A DNA stretch of 60,419 nt, filler included, from Dugesia japonica (Eukaryota), in NCBI GenBank assembly GCA_001938525.1. It is 6 parts of 6 records of this genome, joined end to end, with 100 filler letters (N's around TTAATTAATTAA, not from the genome) between each part and the next. Parts side by side here need not be neighbours in the genome. Positions count along the whole stretch, not along the records: positions 1 to 13,112 come from MQRL01635339.1; positions 13,213 to 22,766 come from MQRL01613836.1; 4 more parts are not named here. The stretch is one strand, 5' to 3'. Positions within the stretch are counted from its first letter, which is position 1; every line of letters starts with the position of its first letter. The notes beneath the pieces were generated by a model. The model saw only the letters and a program-made list of their open reading frames with translations, was not told the origin of the DNA and ran no database searches. Below are positions 1 to 13,988 of this stretch, piece after piece. The translations under genes and the position numbers were made by a program.

Positions 1-31
<31 letters not shown>

Positions 32-50
32 TAATAATTATAATAATAAT
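1..50. repeat. (AAT)n microsatellite
   Basis: ataataataataat... tandem run with a few substitutions. Confidence 0.9.
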
Positions 51-873
51 ATTAATAAGAAAAAATATAATAATATTAATATTAATATTATTAATTTGGA
101 TAAATCATAATCAACAATATAAATTTTAGAATATTTTCTCTAGCCTAATTAAAACATGAAATGAAACTATAGATAATTTTAAATTATTTTAAGACATTTT
201 ATGATTTTGAAATTGCTTAATAAATCATAAATTTCCATAATTTCCATAAATTCTATTTTAGCTTTTTTGATTAAAAACGAATACAATTTATTATTTTTTT
301 TTGAGTGACTTTTATAATTTTTATAATTTGTAATCACTATTTTATTTTATTTTTTATTTTTAAGATGACACTAATTAGCAATACATGAATTGTAGATAAA
401 TATTATATTTGAATTATATTTTTTTAAATAAAAAAATAATTTTCTTAGTTTATTTCAGGTTAAATTTCATAATAATAATAAGTAAGTAAAGTTTTATAAA
501 TAATTTTTTAATTTTATAATAAATATAATAATATCATAATAACAATAATTACTGTTATTATGTTCATTTTAAGAAGATAATAAAAACATAATAATATAAT
601 ATTAATAAATTATAATATAATAATTTTAAAAATTAAATCATAAAATGGCTATGTAACAAAATATTTTTGTTAATTTTATTTCAAATTAATTTATTCGATT
701 AAATCTCTAAATTTAATTAAATTTATAAAATTTGAGAAATTAATAAAATTAAATTTGTATATTTTTGTGTTTTAGTTACGAGTGAGATAATTAGATAAAA
801 AACTATCACACATAACTAAATGAAGTATAACTGTGTATACATATTATTATGAAAAATATCTATTATTATAAAA

Positions 874-1410
874 ATGATTTATAATAATATAAGGAGTACT
901 CTAAACAAACTGTGCTCAACATCAAATAATGACCAAGAAGAAAACATTAAAAATAATCAAGAAAACATAACTATAAAACTACCATTCTCAGAAAGAGCTA
1001 AATCATTAAAATGCTCTCTCATGAAATATTTTGATGATAATAAATTTAGATTCATTTTCACTTCATAAAAAAAAAAGTTATTNAAGCAACAAATCTACTA
1101 CACCAAAAGCTTTACTCGCTAACCTAGTTTATTAATTTAATTGTAACGAGTGTGGTGCCACGTAAATTCGAGAGACAAAACCTTATCTTCGCACACGTGT
1201 TATGCAATTGAGTAGAAAAAGTTCGGTTTTAGATCATGCTTGTTGCTGCAAAAATAGAAAAGGCAAAAAAAGCATTGATGAATTTTAAGTTTTGAACAGC
1301 GGTTTTGGTAATTATTTTGAAAGAATTGTGTGCGAGGCTTTAAGCATTGGGTTGCATAATCCGATTTTTAAAACTCAGATTGACACACATTCACTTTGAA
1401 TTTATTTTAA
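874..1410 (+). pseudogene. Penelope-like retroelement remnant (RT C-terminal linker + GIY-YIG endonuclease)
   Basis: Reads IKLPFS...FRFIFTS, then from about 1118 NLVY*FNCNECGAT*IRETKPYLRTRV...SSVLDH...IVCEALSI..HNP. This matches the Penelope GIY-YIG pattern (VY.f.C..C...YIGETkR.L..R..EH). It has several stops and is followed by a hammerhead-like motif. Confidence 0.75.
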
Positions 1411-1487
1411 TCTTATTCTATTGGATTGATTATGTAACAGGTTTTATTGTCCAGTATATAAACAATTTCCTTTTTATTTTACCACAG

Positions 1488-1527
1488 TAACTGATAATGG
1501 ACATAGATTTGTCCGAAACAGATTTTA
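1488..1527 (+). ncRNA. Degenerate hammerhead ribozyme motif at the Penelope 3' end
   Basis: CTGATAA-T-GGACA(TAGATT)TGTCC-GAAAC. The core differs from CUGAUGA at one position and stem II is a perfect 5 bp. It lies about 80 nt after the GIY-YIG region. Confidence 0.65.
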
Positions 1528-3594
1528 AAAATATTTTAAAAATATTTGAGAAATACAAATTTTCTTGGTTTTTAATAATTTTAAATATTCATTTGTTTAT
1601 GGAATCGGATAAGTATTAAAATTATTTTGGAATTTAATAATTAATAATTAGTTCAATTTAAAATATTGGACTTCGATAGAAAAAAATTAAATAAATAATT
1701 CAAAATTATTTTTTCAAAAAGTTTTTTTAAAAAATTGAAATTTTATGAAAGTTAAATTGGTAGAACAATAAATGCCAGAACCAAATTAGAACTAAAATTT
1801 TTTTAATAGTAGCATTTGCAGCGATTTATGTTTATCATTCTCGATGAATGTTGGTGAAATTAGTCAATTAAAACTGACGTTTAACAAGATCGTTGTTTTA
1901 CTGAATGATTTATATGAAATTTTTAAAATGAATTTTTACATTACTGTAACAGGTGATACATTATTATAATTTTACCAAGTATTATTACTATTATTATTGC
2001 GAGGAAAAGTTATAGCATATATTAATGTTAAATTTAAAAATATTAAATTCGTAATATGGAAATTTTTTAAATAATGAAAAAAGTAGTGACAGTAAAATAA
2101 CGAGTATAAAAATGTTTTGAGGATTAGTAATTATTTACTGCTTTTATCAATTTATGAGTACGATAAATTTCTAATAATTAAATATTGATTTGATCAATAT
2201 GTATGTTTCGATTGATGTGACTTGTATGAACATTGCCAATTATATAATATATTTCTTGAATCATTGCATCACTTATATTTTCCATATTTAAAAATCTAAT
2301 TGGTGTGTAATTACCACTTTTTATTATAATATAATTTTGTTGAATTGGATTTAGTTTTCGATTCTAATATGGTTATTAAAAATGTATTGCTACTATCAAT
2401 TTGCGGCTATTCTCAGTTATTATATCTCATAATATTTGGTCTTTCTCAGTTGAACTAATTATTTGATTCTGATTTTAAGTTGNNNNNNNNNNNNNNNNNN
2501 NNNNNNNNNNNNNNNNNNNNNNNNNNNNNNNNNNNNNNNNNNNNNNNNNNNNNNNNNNNNNNNNNNNNNNNNNNNNNNNNNNNNNNNNNNNNNNNNNNNN
2601 NNNNNNNNNNNNNNNNNNNNNNNNNNNNNNNNNNNNNNNNNNNNNNNNNNNNNNNNNNNNNNNNNNNNNNNNNNNNNNNNNNNNNNNNNNNNNNNNNNNN
2701 NNNNNNNNNNNNNNNNNNNNNNNNNNNNNNNNNNNNNNNNNTCATGACAATAGCATTAGGAAACTTTAGTTTCATTGTGTTTTAGACTTTCTTTGATACC
2801 TATTTGGATGATTATTCAAAATTTTATCGGTTCTTTGCGTTATTTATAAGACATTTCTTGGAAATATATTTATCACTATAATAGTTGTCTTTGTTTATTA
2901 ATTTGATGCCAAATGTGTTTGCGTTTTAAATATTATTCTTCGATTATACATTTTAATAATTAATTTATTATATTTTGAGTATTTATCGTTAATTTTTCAT
3001 TACCTTTGTTTATTGACTACTTTACTTAAAATATTGTTGCTATTTGATTATTACAAAAGTTTTTGAATTAATACTAGGAAAACTACTAAATTTCTTAAAA
3101 TAAATAAAGTAATATTTTATTACTAATAAAACTAATGGGATTTTTTCTCAAACTGGTTTGTGTGTGTCTGTTACTGATGAATTAATTAAACCGGTAATCT
3201 TTGATTTGTTTTTATTTATTAAATCGAAAATTTCAATGATGAAGTAATTAAAACAAAGAATTATTTTCATATGTCTAAAAAACGCATATAATAAATTATA
3301 TCAAGCAGAAAACGATATCCACTTTATTAATTTAGAGAAAAAAATTAATTTAATTTTATTTCATTATATTGAAGAAATTTATTTCATATTTGACAAAAGA
3401 AAAAATTAAAATATAATCTTTATAAAATATTAATAATTATTTTATCATCAGTGAAATATTTTAGAAACTAACTTTTTGGCAAAGCTTACTTATTATATAT
3501 TAAGTAATGAAATGATTATACAAATCTACAAAATTTTCTGTAGATCAACTAGAAAGTGTTGATTAAATTTTATTTTATTTAATTAATTGATTTT

Positions 3595-3735
3595 ATAATT
3601 GTAATTATTGTGAGAATAATTGTTGGACAATAATTCATTGATCGCATTGGAGATTTCAATATAATAATGAAAAGGCTTTGATCAAAATAAAATGTATTTG
3701 TAAAGAAATTCAAATTCTTCTTCAGGAATGATGAC
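3595..3735 (-). repeat. Dispersed hammerhead-containing repeat, copy with stem II deleted
   Basis: Shares the TTCCTGAAGAAGA, TTTGATC(G/A)AAGC and GTCCAACAATTATTCTCACAATAATT blocks with copies at 10.6, 12.3, 22.3, 24.8 and 33.5 kb. Confidence 0.7.
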
Positions 3736-4091
3736 TTTCTGATTGATTCAAATTGTCGATCGATCATTGCTACAAATTCTTAATCTTTTATCGAGATTTT
3801 ATTGGTCTATTAAATTATAATTTTTTTTTAAAATTAAGTCTGAAAAATTATTTTTAATTAAATTTGATTAAAAATTTTCCTAAATGTTTTTTTTAAAAAA
3901 ACATTAATGCCTTAAAGTAAATAAAATATTTAGATATGTATTTTATTAATATTAAAATTTTACTCTAATTTTTTTACTAATTTTTTTTAAGATATTTTAA
4001 TTATTAGGAATCTTTGAAAAAATGTTTATTTATTTTTTTTAATTATTTTTTTTTAAAATTATTTTAATTATTTATTTTTAATTTTTAACTT

Positions 4092-6730
4092 TTAATTGTT
4101 GTGATTATTTTTTTCCACAATTCTTTCAATCATCTTGCCTTCTGAAGTCTTCAGCAGGTATCGTCTTTCATGAATCTGTTTTATCAACTTGTATGGACCT
4201 GTATATCTTTCTTTGTCTTTTGATCTGTTTTCTACCTTGATTAGCACCTCGTCTCCACCTTGAAAATATCTCTTTGTTGGTGTCAACTCTTCATATTCTT
4301 CATTTTTGTATCCATTATTAAACTATCTTTCTCTATGTATCTTCTTACCAAATATCATTTCTTCTGGATTTATCTCCAAAGTCTTCTGACTTGTTGCATT
4401 TAGTGTATATTCAATTTCTCGTATTAACTCCGCCCAATTTTTATTCTTTCTATCTTTTAATGTTGCATTGATATAATCTCTAATCGTTCTGAATTGAAGT
4501 TCTACCATTCCATTTGTATTATGATGATATTGGCTTAAAAAGCAAATTGTTATATTCATTGAATCCGTCATCTCTTTAAAGGCCTTCAGTTTGAAGATTT
4601 CCCCATAATCTACATGTATTTCCTTTGGAGCCCCAAATATTAGTATTCATTTATCCATAATCGTTTTCTTTATTGATTCTTCATCTTGCTTATCTGGGGA
4701 TGGTAAACATATTTATCTGCGAAATTGATATATGGTGGTACATATATATCTTTTACTTCCTAAGGTTTATTGGAATGGTCAAGCGATATCTATATAAATA
4801 CTTTCAAATGGTTCATAAGCTTTTAATTTTAAAGTTTCTTTCTTTGTTCTAACTGTTGTTACTTTGTTCATTTGGCACTTTGTGCATTCGTTAATTAGTC
4901 TTGACACAGTTTCTCTCAAATCTTCCATATAATATTCATTTTTCAAATAATTTCGCACTTTTTCGGTGTTTGCGTGAACCAATAAATTATGCATTTCTTT
5001 CACCACTACCATCTGAATTTTCCTTTCAGACAGGATCCATATTTTGCCGTCTTTGCTTTTTATTATATCTTTTATTAATCGAAATGTTTTATATGTTCCA
5101 TCATTCTTTGTCTGTTCGATTTCTTCTACGTTACTTTGCCATTTATATGCATCTGAACCTGANNNNNNNNNNNNNNNNNNNNNNNNNNNNNNNNNNNNNN
5201 NNNNNNNNNNNNNNNNNNNNNNNNNNNCAAAATTCATTCTCGACAGCATATCTACATTCGTGTGTTTCGCACATTGTATAAATTCTAATACCATATTTAG
5301 GCTACTAAAATAATTTATCTAAGTCTGAAATTGCGTAGTGATTGACTTGTTTGTCTTTTTCATAAATGCTATCACATTGTGATCTGTTCTCACCGAAAGT
5401 ATTTTCCATACAAATAATGTTTAAAATGGTTACAAAAATAGTAAAAAGCCAATAATCCCTTTCTTCTTATACAATACCTTTTTCAAGAGCTGACATTGCA
5501 TATAATCCATATGTCTTGGTTTGTTTTAGTTCTCACAAATCTATTTGCGATGAAACTACTCCGATAGCATCAAAACTTGCGTCTCTATCTAGTACGAACA
5601 TCTTTTTTGATAAATGAAAAACTAAATATTTGTGCTTTTTTTAATGCCTCTTTCATCTCATTAAATAACAGCTTTCAGACCACACCAGGTTTGTAGTATT
5701 ACATTCACATAGCTCTTCCAAGTTTCGAGCTTTCTTTGAGTAATTATTAGTAAACCATCTANAGTAATTGCATATTCCCAAAAAGGTTTTCAAGTTCTTC
5801 ATACGTTTATGTCTTCCGAAAATTTTTATTGCTTCAATTTTTTTTGGATCAGTTTTAACTCCATTTTTGTCTATGACACGTCCTAAATATGTGACTTCTG
5901 CTCGCAATAAATGACATTTTTTCGGATTAATTCTCAATCCTGATTCTTGAATTCTTTTAAAAACTTGGTCTGAAGTTCTATAGTCCTGCTTTACTGTTTC
6001 TGAAAATATTAATATAGTATTTATGTATACCATCGTTTTTCTCAATCTTCCTTAAACGTTTGTCATTAATTCTTGAAACGTTACAGTTACTGAAATTACA
6101 TCAAAATTCATTTTTGTGAAACAATACAGTCCATTTTCGTAGAAAATGCTATTCTCTCTTGTAAATATTTATGTAAAGAAACTTGAAAGTATACATAAAT
6201 CAAATCAATAAAACTGAAATATCTTGCACCACACAAATTATCTAATGTTTCATCTACATTAGTCATCAGAAATGCCAGTCTTTCTGTGATTGCATTCAGT
6301 TTTCCAAAATCAAGATAATCTAAAGTCTTTCCTTTATTTTTTCCAAACACATATTATTGGAGTGTTCCATTGTGAATTACACTTCCTAATAATGCCATTG
6401 TAAAAAATAATTATTGATAGCTGCATCTATCTTATTTTCTAAAAGCATTGGTTGTCTCCATGGCTATGTATTTATTCCTTCTCCATTTGTGATTATTTGA
6501 TGTTTTCTCATTATACCAGTTGTCTGCCACGAATATTCCTTTATGAATCATTATAACTTTCTCTGAATTATTATTTGGCTGGTTAATCAATATCTTTATT
6601 GGTCTCTGTACTCTCTGACATTTATTAACATCTAGTATTTCGTTATCATACACAAAATAGAAGAATATGAAGCAACATAGACTCCGGTCCATGTTACATC
6701 TTAGTTTCTTCGAAAATCTTTTCTTCATGT
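4092..6730 (-). mobile_element. pol: Decayed Ty3/Gypsy pol (RT-RNaseH-integrase-GPY/F)
   Basis: Fragments include LDFGKLN, YFSFIDL..YFQV, GLRINPKKCHLL..VTYLG, FLGICNY, HTNVDMLSR, HNLLVH..CTKCQ, YHHNTNGMVE and YTGPYK, in Gypsy order, with many stops and frameshifts. Confidence 0.9.
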
Positions 6731-9139
6731 TTAACTAGGGCTAGGTCAGATTTGGCATATCTCAATTGACCTGACGTACAAGTTGCATCACATGTTTCAA
6801 TTGCTCTATCAACTGTCGATGAACGATCTCAGTGAAAACTACTACCGTTTAAGTACGTCACTGTTGATTTGAAATTTGTGCAAGATTATCGGATATTTCC
6901 TGAACTTGGTGAACATATTATCGTTCCATTTGTTGTAGGGGAATCGTTTTCTCTTTTCTTCTCTGAGCCAGCTCCTTTTCTAATTCCTAGATGTGTATTT
7001 CTATTTGTAATAATCAATTCTGACTAATCCAACACAGTTGCCGATTTGAAAAAATTCTGCGAGCAAATGCAAAAGTTTGTGGAAATCGTCGCATTCCTAT
7101 CTGTCAAATCTCCGCCCACCTATTGTAAAAATTACATGGCTTTGGTTGACGTTACTATTTTCGACATATGAATACAACATTATTAATACCATACCTTTGT
7201 TATAGAACATTATAAATTATTTGATAATGATGAAGTATTATTCATTTTGTTATTTAAGGACTTAGGACCAGTCTAACTAAATACATCATCTATGATTTAA
7301 CTTAGCTCTTTGGAATAATGAGATTAGTTTGATTGTTCAATGTTTTTATAAATACACATTACAAGGAAGACAAATTCAACTCCTACTAAGCTTGTAATTG
7401 TTGAAAAACGTATAAAAAACTGTTCCATTCTTTTTATTAACAAATGTAGAATTGTTTTATCATTTAAATTGATATCAGATATCAACATACNTTATATAAC
7501 GAATTAATTTCAACCAATATGAACTAAGATAAATTATTTTTATCAATAATTAATTTCTATTAATGAATTATAGTATTAATTTTAAAAACAAATATGCGTG
7601 AAATTAATTGCTGTGATTCGGAAAATCAATTATCCTTAGAGGATGTAGCTAACATGGTGGCATTGTTAAATACCGATCCAATTACAGATAGGTAATTAGT
7701 AAAAAACGGTGTGAAGAGTGCTACACAAATTTGAAAATGAAAACAACAACTGACCAATTTATGACTACTACAGAGCCAGGAAACCAATATAATCGAAAAA
7801 AAAGTAGATGAAGACGTCAATATAAACAATGGGCATGGATAAGTATTTGAAAGTGATATTGGAAGACAACACCCAAAAGACAGGGTTCCATCAGTAAAGA
7901 CGTTGATTGGAGCCATACATTGTTATATGAAGTAATTGATCATCCTCAAGGGATTGAAATGTCAGACAACATCGGCAAAGTTACAGAAAAAGTATACAGG
8001 TTCTCAAAGTGGGAAAATTTGGGGAAGACAGAAAAATAAAATAGCTTGGAAATATTGGAAATTGAACTTTTGAGAACTGTCGGAAATTTACACATATTTT
8101 CAGAGAAGTGTTGGAAAATTCTCAAAATCTGTGTAAAATACAAGGAAAGAAATTGTAAAATTTAACAGAAGTCATGGAAAAGTAAACAAAATTTCCTAGT
8201 AGTGTGTGAAAATTTATCAAAATTTTACAGAGGTCACGGAGATCTATTCATAGAAGTTATGGAAAGTTAATGAGAAATTGTTAGACGATGATGAAATATT
8301 TCATGCTCTATTAACTATATTCAAGGATTTTCATTGTAATCGTGCATTTGAAATACTATAGTCATTACCATAATTTTTCTTTAGATTAATAAAAGTTGTT
8401 TCGCATATTTGTTTGATCTACCATCAACCCTTGAAAATAAAGTACTTAAAACATGAATAATATTCTGTCATATTTCTAAAATGATTTTACTATAGATACA
8501 TGTATTTAATTAATTTTAATTAAAATTATTAATCAATTGTATTAAGATTTTACATAAATCTTGTTTTAAATCATGGCTTGCAATAAATGTAAACTTTTCA
8601 AATTTCCAAATTTTTTTATTCATGCATATACAAGTCAAATCTTTTAGAAATTGTTCAATATTACAAAGGAAACTGTGACAACACTTGAATACCTTCCATC
8701 TAGACCAATACAAAGCATTAAACGTGATACATTCATTAGCCCAATACAATAAATAAACTTAGTATTGTCAATAAACCTGATATATTCATTAAATTTATAC
8801 ATTCAATTCATTCACGTATTTTACTCAAATCTTGTATTTAGGGCTTTCATTTATTTTAATCTAATCAATCAAGTCAATCAGTCTACTTAATCTATTGAAT
8901 ATACTTAATTTGTTTCATTAGTCATAAATCTATAAATAATAGTCACTATTTTCTACAAAACTAAGATGATTCAAATGTTTAATAGAGGACAACATTACTT
9001 TATAGTCTATCATTATAATCCATTTCATTCTACAACCAATGATACGATTAATCAACTTAATCCAATAAAATCAATTTACATAGGTATTTATTAATTTGTA
9101 TAACAATTTTGTCTTGTCAAATACAATAAGTTAATCCAT

Positions 9140-9790
9140 TAACCAATGGACACAGTAAACAAGTGTACTTATCCCAATATCAAATATTTTGTCATTGTCC
9201 TGCAAACAAAACCTACGTTAGAAATAGACACAACGCCATCCTAGACCTGGTTTTCAATACCCTCACTCAGGCAAACCCAGAAAGGCTTATTCTTAAAGAT
9301 AGACGCAGTAAACTGTCTTCCACTCAGAATAGACCTACAAATAGATATTCAAGAAAAACTTGAGTTACACCTTACAGACATTAAGACACCACATGACATA
9401 GAAAACAGTTCACGAATTAAACATAAACAAATATAGCGATTTAAAACTAGAACTACAAACTTTAACNNNNNNNNNNNNNNNNNNNNNNNNNCACATTTAT
9501 TGTTGGCTGCCTGGGTAGCTGGCACCTTGAAAACGATAAAATACTTAAAAATCTTGACATTCCTACAAAACAAGTATATCAGTCAACTAAACATTGACTG
9601 CATAAATTCCAACATTTACTGGTGCGCGGAAACATGGTATGCACACGATAAAATCACTACAAACAACATAGAAATTACATATAATGAAATCATTAAAATG
9701 AAAAATGACATGGAGTACAAAAAAGCCAAACTATATGCTAAAATAAATGATCACTACCCTAGCGACACTGATGATTAAGTTAGCATTGAC
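9140..9790 (+). mobile_element. 3' fragment of a REL-type (R2/R4/NeSL-like) non-LTR retrotransposon
   Basis: CHCP....RNRHNAILDLV (end of the CCHC knuckle plus RHN), then ..NRP.. and LTDIKTPHD, resembling the PD-(D/E)xK endonuclease. Frameshifted. Confidence 0.6.
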
Positions 9791-10106
9791 TACACAGCCA
9801 TAACACAAACACTACAAAACAGGAGAAACAGTAAACTTTTATAATTTCAATTTTCTTTTTTTACAGTTTTTAGATTCCTTTAAAACCTCTGAGCCTCAAA
9901 CGTCCAACAAAATAATTGAACATAACTTTCAAAATATTCCAATAACGCCTTAGTCTCAGGATATATTGCTTTTTAAAAAGCAAATAAAAGATTAAAATTT
10001 CTTGAATAAAATTTATTTTTGTAATTTTCTATTCTAATTCTTATGATAAGAAATTTAAAGTCATACTATTAGTTCTGACTGAAAAAATTAAATACCAAAG
10101 TAAAAG

Positions 10107-10850
10107 TGATCCAGTGTGTCACTACCTTTTCTGAGAGAACCAAGTAGATATTTTTTAACAAACCCTATATAGCAAATAAAGGACTTTTAAGTCTAAGAAT
10201 AATGATACCAAATTCAATATCACAGGATAATTTCTGACAAGAAATAAATTATTGAAATATTTAATTAAAACTTTAAAAATTTTTTTTCATTGGAAAAAAA
10301 GCATTTTTCAGAAAAAATGCATGGATACATACCTGACCTACTTTTTAATTCTCTACACAATGATACGGGTTTCGAGTCGAAATACTCTAGATCACTTTGG
10401 GTTGGGTACTGATCCAGTACGTAACTACCTGTTCTGAGAGAATCAAGCATGTTTTGAAAGAAATAAAGTTATATTCTTATAGAGTTTTTAATTATTGAAT
10501 TAAATGGTAAAATATATTTTAAAAATTATTATTAATTTAATTATAATTAATTTAAAATAAAAGCTTCGATCGAAATTTGTTTTTTTGTATTTTTTGAAAA
10601 TAATTCTATATTTCTACGTTGTCTTCTTCAGGAATTGACAAATTAGAAATCCTCTGATAAAAATTTAAAAACTAAAAGTCAATTTTTCGAACTTCCCGAG
10701 CTAAAAATTGACCATATAATTCAAAATAAAAAAATTGGTTTACATAATCGTAACGGCCAATCAAAATCCTACGTTTTTAGATCACTCAAATCTCTGGATC
10801 ACTTCGTCAGTGGCAGAGGTGATCAAGTGCGTCACTATTTATCTACTCGA
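10107..10850. repeat. Three diverged ~40-bp direct repeats with GATCAC/GTGATC inverted cores
   Basis: gtgatccagtgtgtcactacc..ctgagagaaccaag (~10107), ctgatccagtacgtaactacc..ctgagagaatcaag (~10409), gtgatcaagtgcgtcacta (~10819). Confidence 0.6.
10602..10636 (-). ncRNA. Minimal type I hammerhead ribozyme motif
   Basis: Minus strand reads AATTC-CTGAAGA-A-GAC(AAC)GTA-GAAA-TATA-GAATT, giving a 5-bp stem I and an intact core. Confidence 0.7.
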
Positions 10851-12224
10851 CGCAATACAAAAAAATGTACAACATAATGTGTGTCATCTTACCCCGCATG
10901 CTTGATATACTAATATTTGTAAACTTTATAGAAAAATGATTATTTTGGAAATTTTCATTTTATAATGGCGTTACAATAATAACAAAATTTTTATTTGAAA
11001 GCAGCCAGTCAAAGGAGTCAGTTGTGATACCCTAAAATTTTAAGGGTGATTTTACATTAAATTATAACAGTATATATATAATATGAGATTGAATGAAAAT
11101 TCTTACTTATTTTAAGCAAAAATAATCAAGAAATATTTTTATTATTTTATATAGCTTGTCCTCATCTTTGTAGTAAACAATTAATTCCTCTAGCAAAAAT
11201 GTCTCTGCGTTTAGAGTCAAAGAAAGTCAAAAGAGCCAATTTAGCAACACTGGAATAACCAAATGATTTCTGGTCGAAATAAGTAATCAGATGGAGCAAT
11301 GGCCAGGAGAATATAGAGGGTGACTAAGAATCTCTAAGTTCAATTAGTTATTCCTGTAAAAACTACTGTCTTTTAATGTGTGAAATATTTATATTAAATT
11401 CATAATTCATTTACAGTTATCATTCTACTCAACAATATGTTGTTTTAATTTCGTAAAAGTAGAGAAGAACATTCAGAACTTCAATTCAATTGGATTGGCT
11501 GTCCGATCATTAGGTACCCAATTAGACAATTTAAGAATAAATACAAGTTAAATCCTGTAATTTATAATTGTTCTTTGTGAGAGCTCATATTTTTCAGTTT
11601 TTTTGGATGATGAAGGTCGATCTGTCGAAATATATCACAATAAACCTTTATTTTAAATGGCGTTTTCTATTTTGTATGAAACATTTCTATCGTTTTTTAC
11701 ATATTTATATAAAATAATAATCAAAATTTATTCAATGAAGATCAAAATTGTATATATATATATATATATAGAAAAATTTATTATATTAATTTAAATTTTC
11801 CATTTTTATTTAAGAATTAATTAAAATAATTTCGAGGTATTTTAATAAAATTACCCAGAAATAATTTAACAATTGAAATTTTACATAATCAATTTTATTA
11901 TTAAAATAAATTTTATGCTTGAAATTTTTAAAAGGATTGTACAAAATTAAATTAATCAAAATTAATTAAGCAAATCTTTTTCGATTATATAAAGAGGAAA
12001 TACGATAGAAATAAGTTAATTTGTTTAAATTAACAATTCTTTTTATAAAATTAACAGTTAATAGAAAAATAAACGAAAAACGAAATATTTAAATCTGTTT
12101 TTATATGCTTCTTCTAGAAAATTAAATTGAAATTAGCTACAATTTAATAGATTGGTTTTATTCTAAGAAGATTTACATAACATAAAATCTATAATGATAA
12201 CAGCACTATAGAAGAGGAGGTTAC

Positions 12225-12345
12225 TTAAGAAAATTTGAATTTCTATACAAATACATTTTATTTTGATCGAAGCTTTTTCTTTATTTTAATGAAATCTCAA
12301 ATGCGATCAATAGTTAAGTCCAACAATTATTCTCGCTATAATTTT
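12225..12345 (+). repeat. Dispersed hammerhead-family repeat, 5'-degenerate copy
   Basis: gaaaatttgaatt...ttttgatcgaagcttttt...gatcaatagttaagtccaacaattattctc, the inverse of the copy at 3.6-3.7 kb. Confidence 0.7.
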
Positions 12346-13112
12346 AATTAAATTTATTAATAATTACGTAGAAATTTATTAAAATTATGTACAACTTTAC
12401 TGTCAATTATTATGTAAAAAAACTTAATAATAATGTATAAATTTATTAATAGTTATAAAAAAGTATAACTATTTATCAAAAAATATTTTTCAAAACGCAA
12501 AGATGAAGATCCTGAAGAAGACCTTTGCGAAAAATTTGACTTANNNNNNNNNNNNNNNNNNNNNNNNNNNNNNNNNNNNNNNNNNNNNNNNNNNNNNNNN
12601 NNNNNNNNNNNNNNNNNNNNNNNNNNNNNNNNNNNNNNNNNNNNNNNNNNNNNNNNNNNNNNNNNNNNNNNNNNNNNNNNNNNNNNNNNNNNNNNNNNNN
12701 NNNAATTCTCAATACATTTATAAAAAATGTATTTAGTTATGAAAATGAAAACTAAAAATGCGCATCGAATACTAGCTATGTGAAGTGAACCAAAAATCTG
12801 GTTACGGTGCCTAACATAACACTCATAATAAAACAAAGTTTTATTTAACGCTTATCTGGTGACGTACAAATTTCTAACATAAGTGATATTGTGGTGCATT
12901 TTGGAGATCATTTTTGGCCGAATCTGTTATTAATAGGTTTAATCAATAAACTCAGCTTTTTTTTCAAACAAAGAGCTGGAGAATTTGTGTTTCAAGCCAA
13001 AACTATTTGTTTCAAACAATAAATTGTCATTGTTTAAATAGTTTTTCATTATAAACTTTTTTTTATTGCAATATTAATTTATATTGAAAAGAAAATTAAA
13101 GTGCCGCCTATT

Positions 13113-13212
13113 NNNNNNNNNNNNNNNNNNNNNNNNNNNNNNNNNNNNNNNNNNNNTTAATTAATTAANNNNNNNNNNNNNNNNNNNNNNNNNNNNNNNN
13201 NNNNNNNNNNNN
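13113..13212. other. Artificial assembly spacer (44N-TTAATTAATTAA-44N)
   Basis: The identical 100-bp linker with six-frame stops also occurs at 22767-22866, 33108-33207, 42131-42230 and 52000-52099. Confidence 0.95.
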
Positions 13213-13588
13213 ATTTCTAATTGGATCTGGAGAAATATGGACATTATAAATGTATATTACTATTTATTAAATGACCTTTCATTAATCATAAGAGTTGCAT
13301 AATGTTTCGTTCTCTTTCATATTAAGCGAATAAGATGCGTCATTATAATTCATTTATCTCAATACTAAAACATATTTTGGTTTCATTATTGTATTTTGAG
13401 AATTCTTTCATCATTTATAATTCAAGATTTTTCCATGGAATTATTATATAGAAGTCCATTGTTTTTTTATTTATTCAATTAGTACTTTTGAATAATGGTC
13501 AAGAATAACTCTTAGCAGTATTTCCTTTCAAAAATTGTCTAAAGTAACATTTTTTATTAATAGTTTATTTTGAATGAATAACTCATTT

Positions 13589-13705
13589 AGTTAAATCAAA
13601 AGTCTTAATTTCCATAACGAGTTTATTTAATAAGTTCAAAATATATTACTGAATTTTAAAAAACAATATTTAAACAAATATTCAGTTTTCTTTAAATATT
13701 CAACT
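13589..13705 (-). repeat. 3' LTR (AGTT...AACT termini)
   Basis: Direct repeat of 16381-16488, preceded on the minus strand by a polypurine tract. Confidence 0.9.
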
Positions 13706-13988
13706 TCTCCCCATCTTTCTAGAATCAGTAACTCTTTAACTATCCGATTCTTCTAAATCTACAATCTTGTGGATTTTCTAGCCAAACAGGAAAGGTGGTA
13801 GAAATTCAGTAATTTTATATGGACCTTCATAGAGTAATACATTCTGCTTCCGTTTTGATTTAAGTACCTTCTGTAAATTTATTCGTTTAGATCTTAAAGA
13901 ATCTCTTTGTCTTCTCCAGAGAGGTATTTTTTCAATATAATAAACAATTTATTGCTCTTAAATCTGGTAATATAGCTATCTACATTGC

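Noticed and set aside
2455-2785. ORFs consisting mostly of X (also 12453-12836, 51812-52051)
   Set aside because: Artefacts of N runs.
2130-2960. Possible second Penelope remnant on the minus strand
   Set aside because: Only faint similarity (KMYNRRIIFKT, LLEIY) split by a gap; too weak to call.
7640-8290. Purine-rich, GGAAAATT-repetitive, coding-like stretch
   Set aside because: No continuous frame or recognisable motif. The listed minus-strand ORFs look like shadows.
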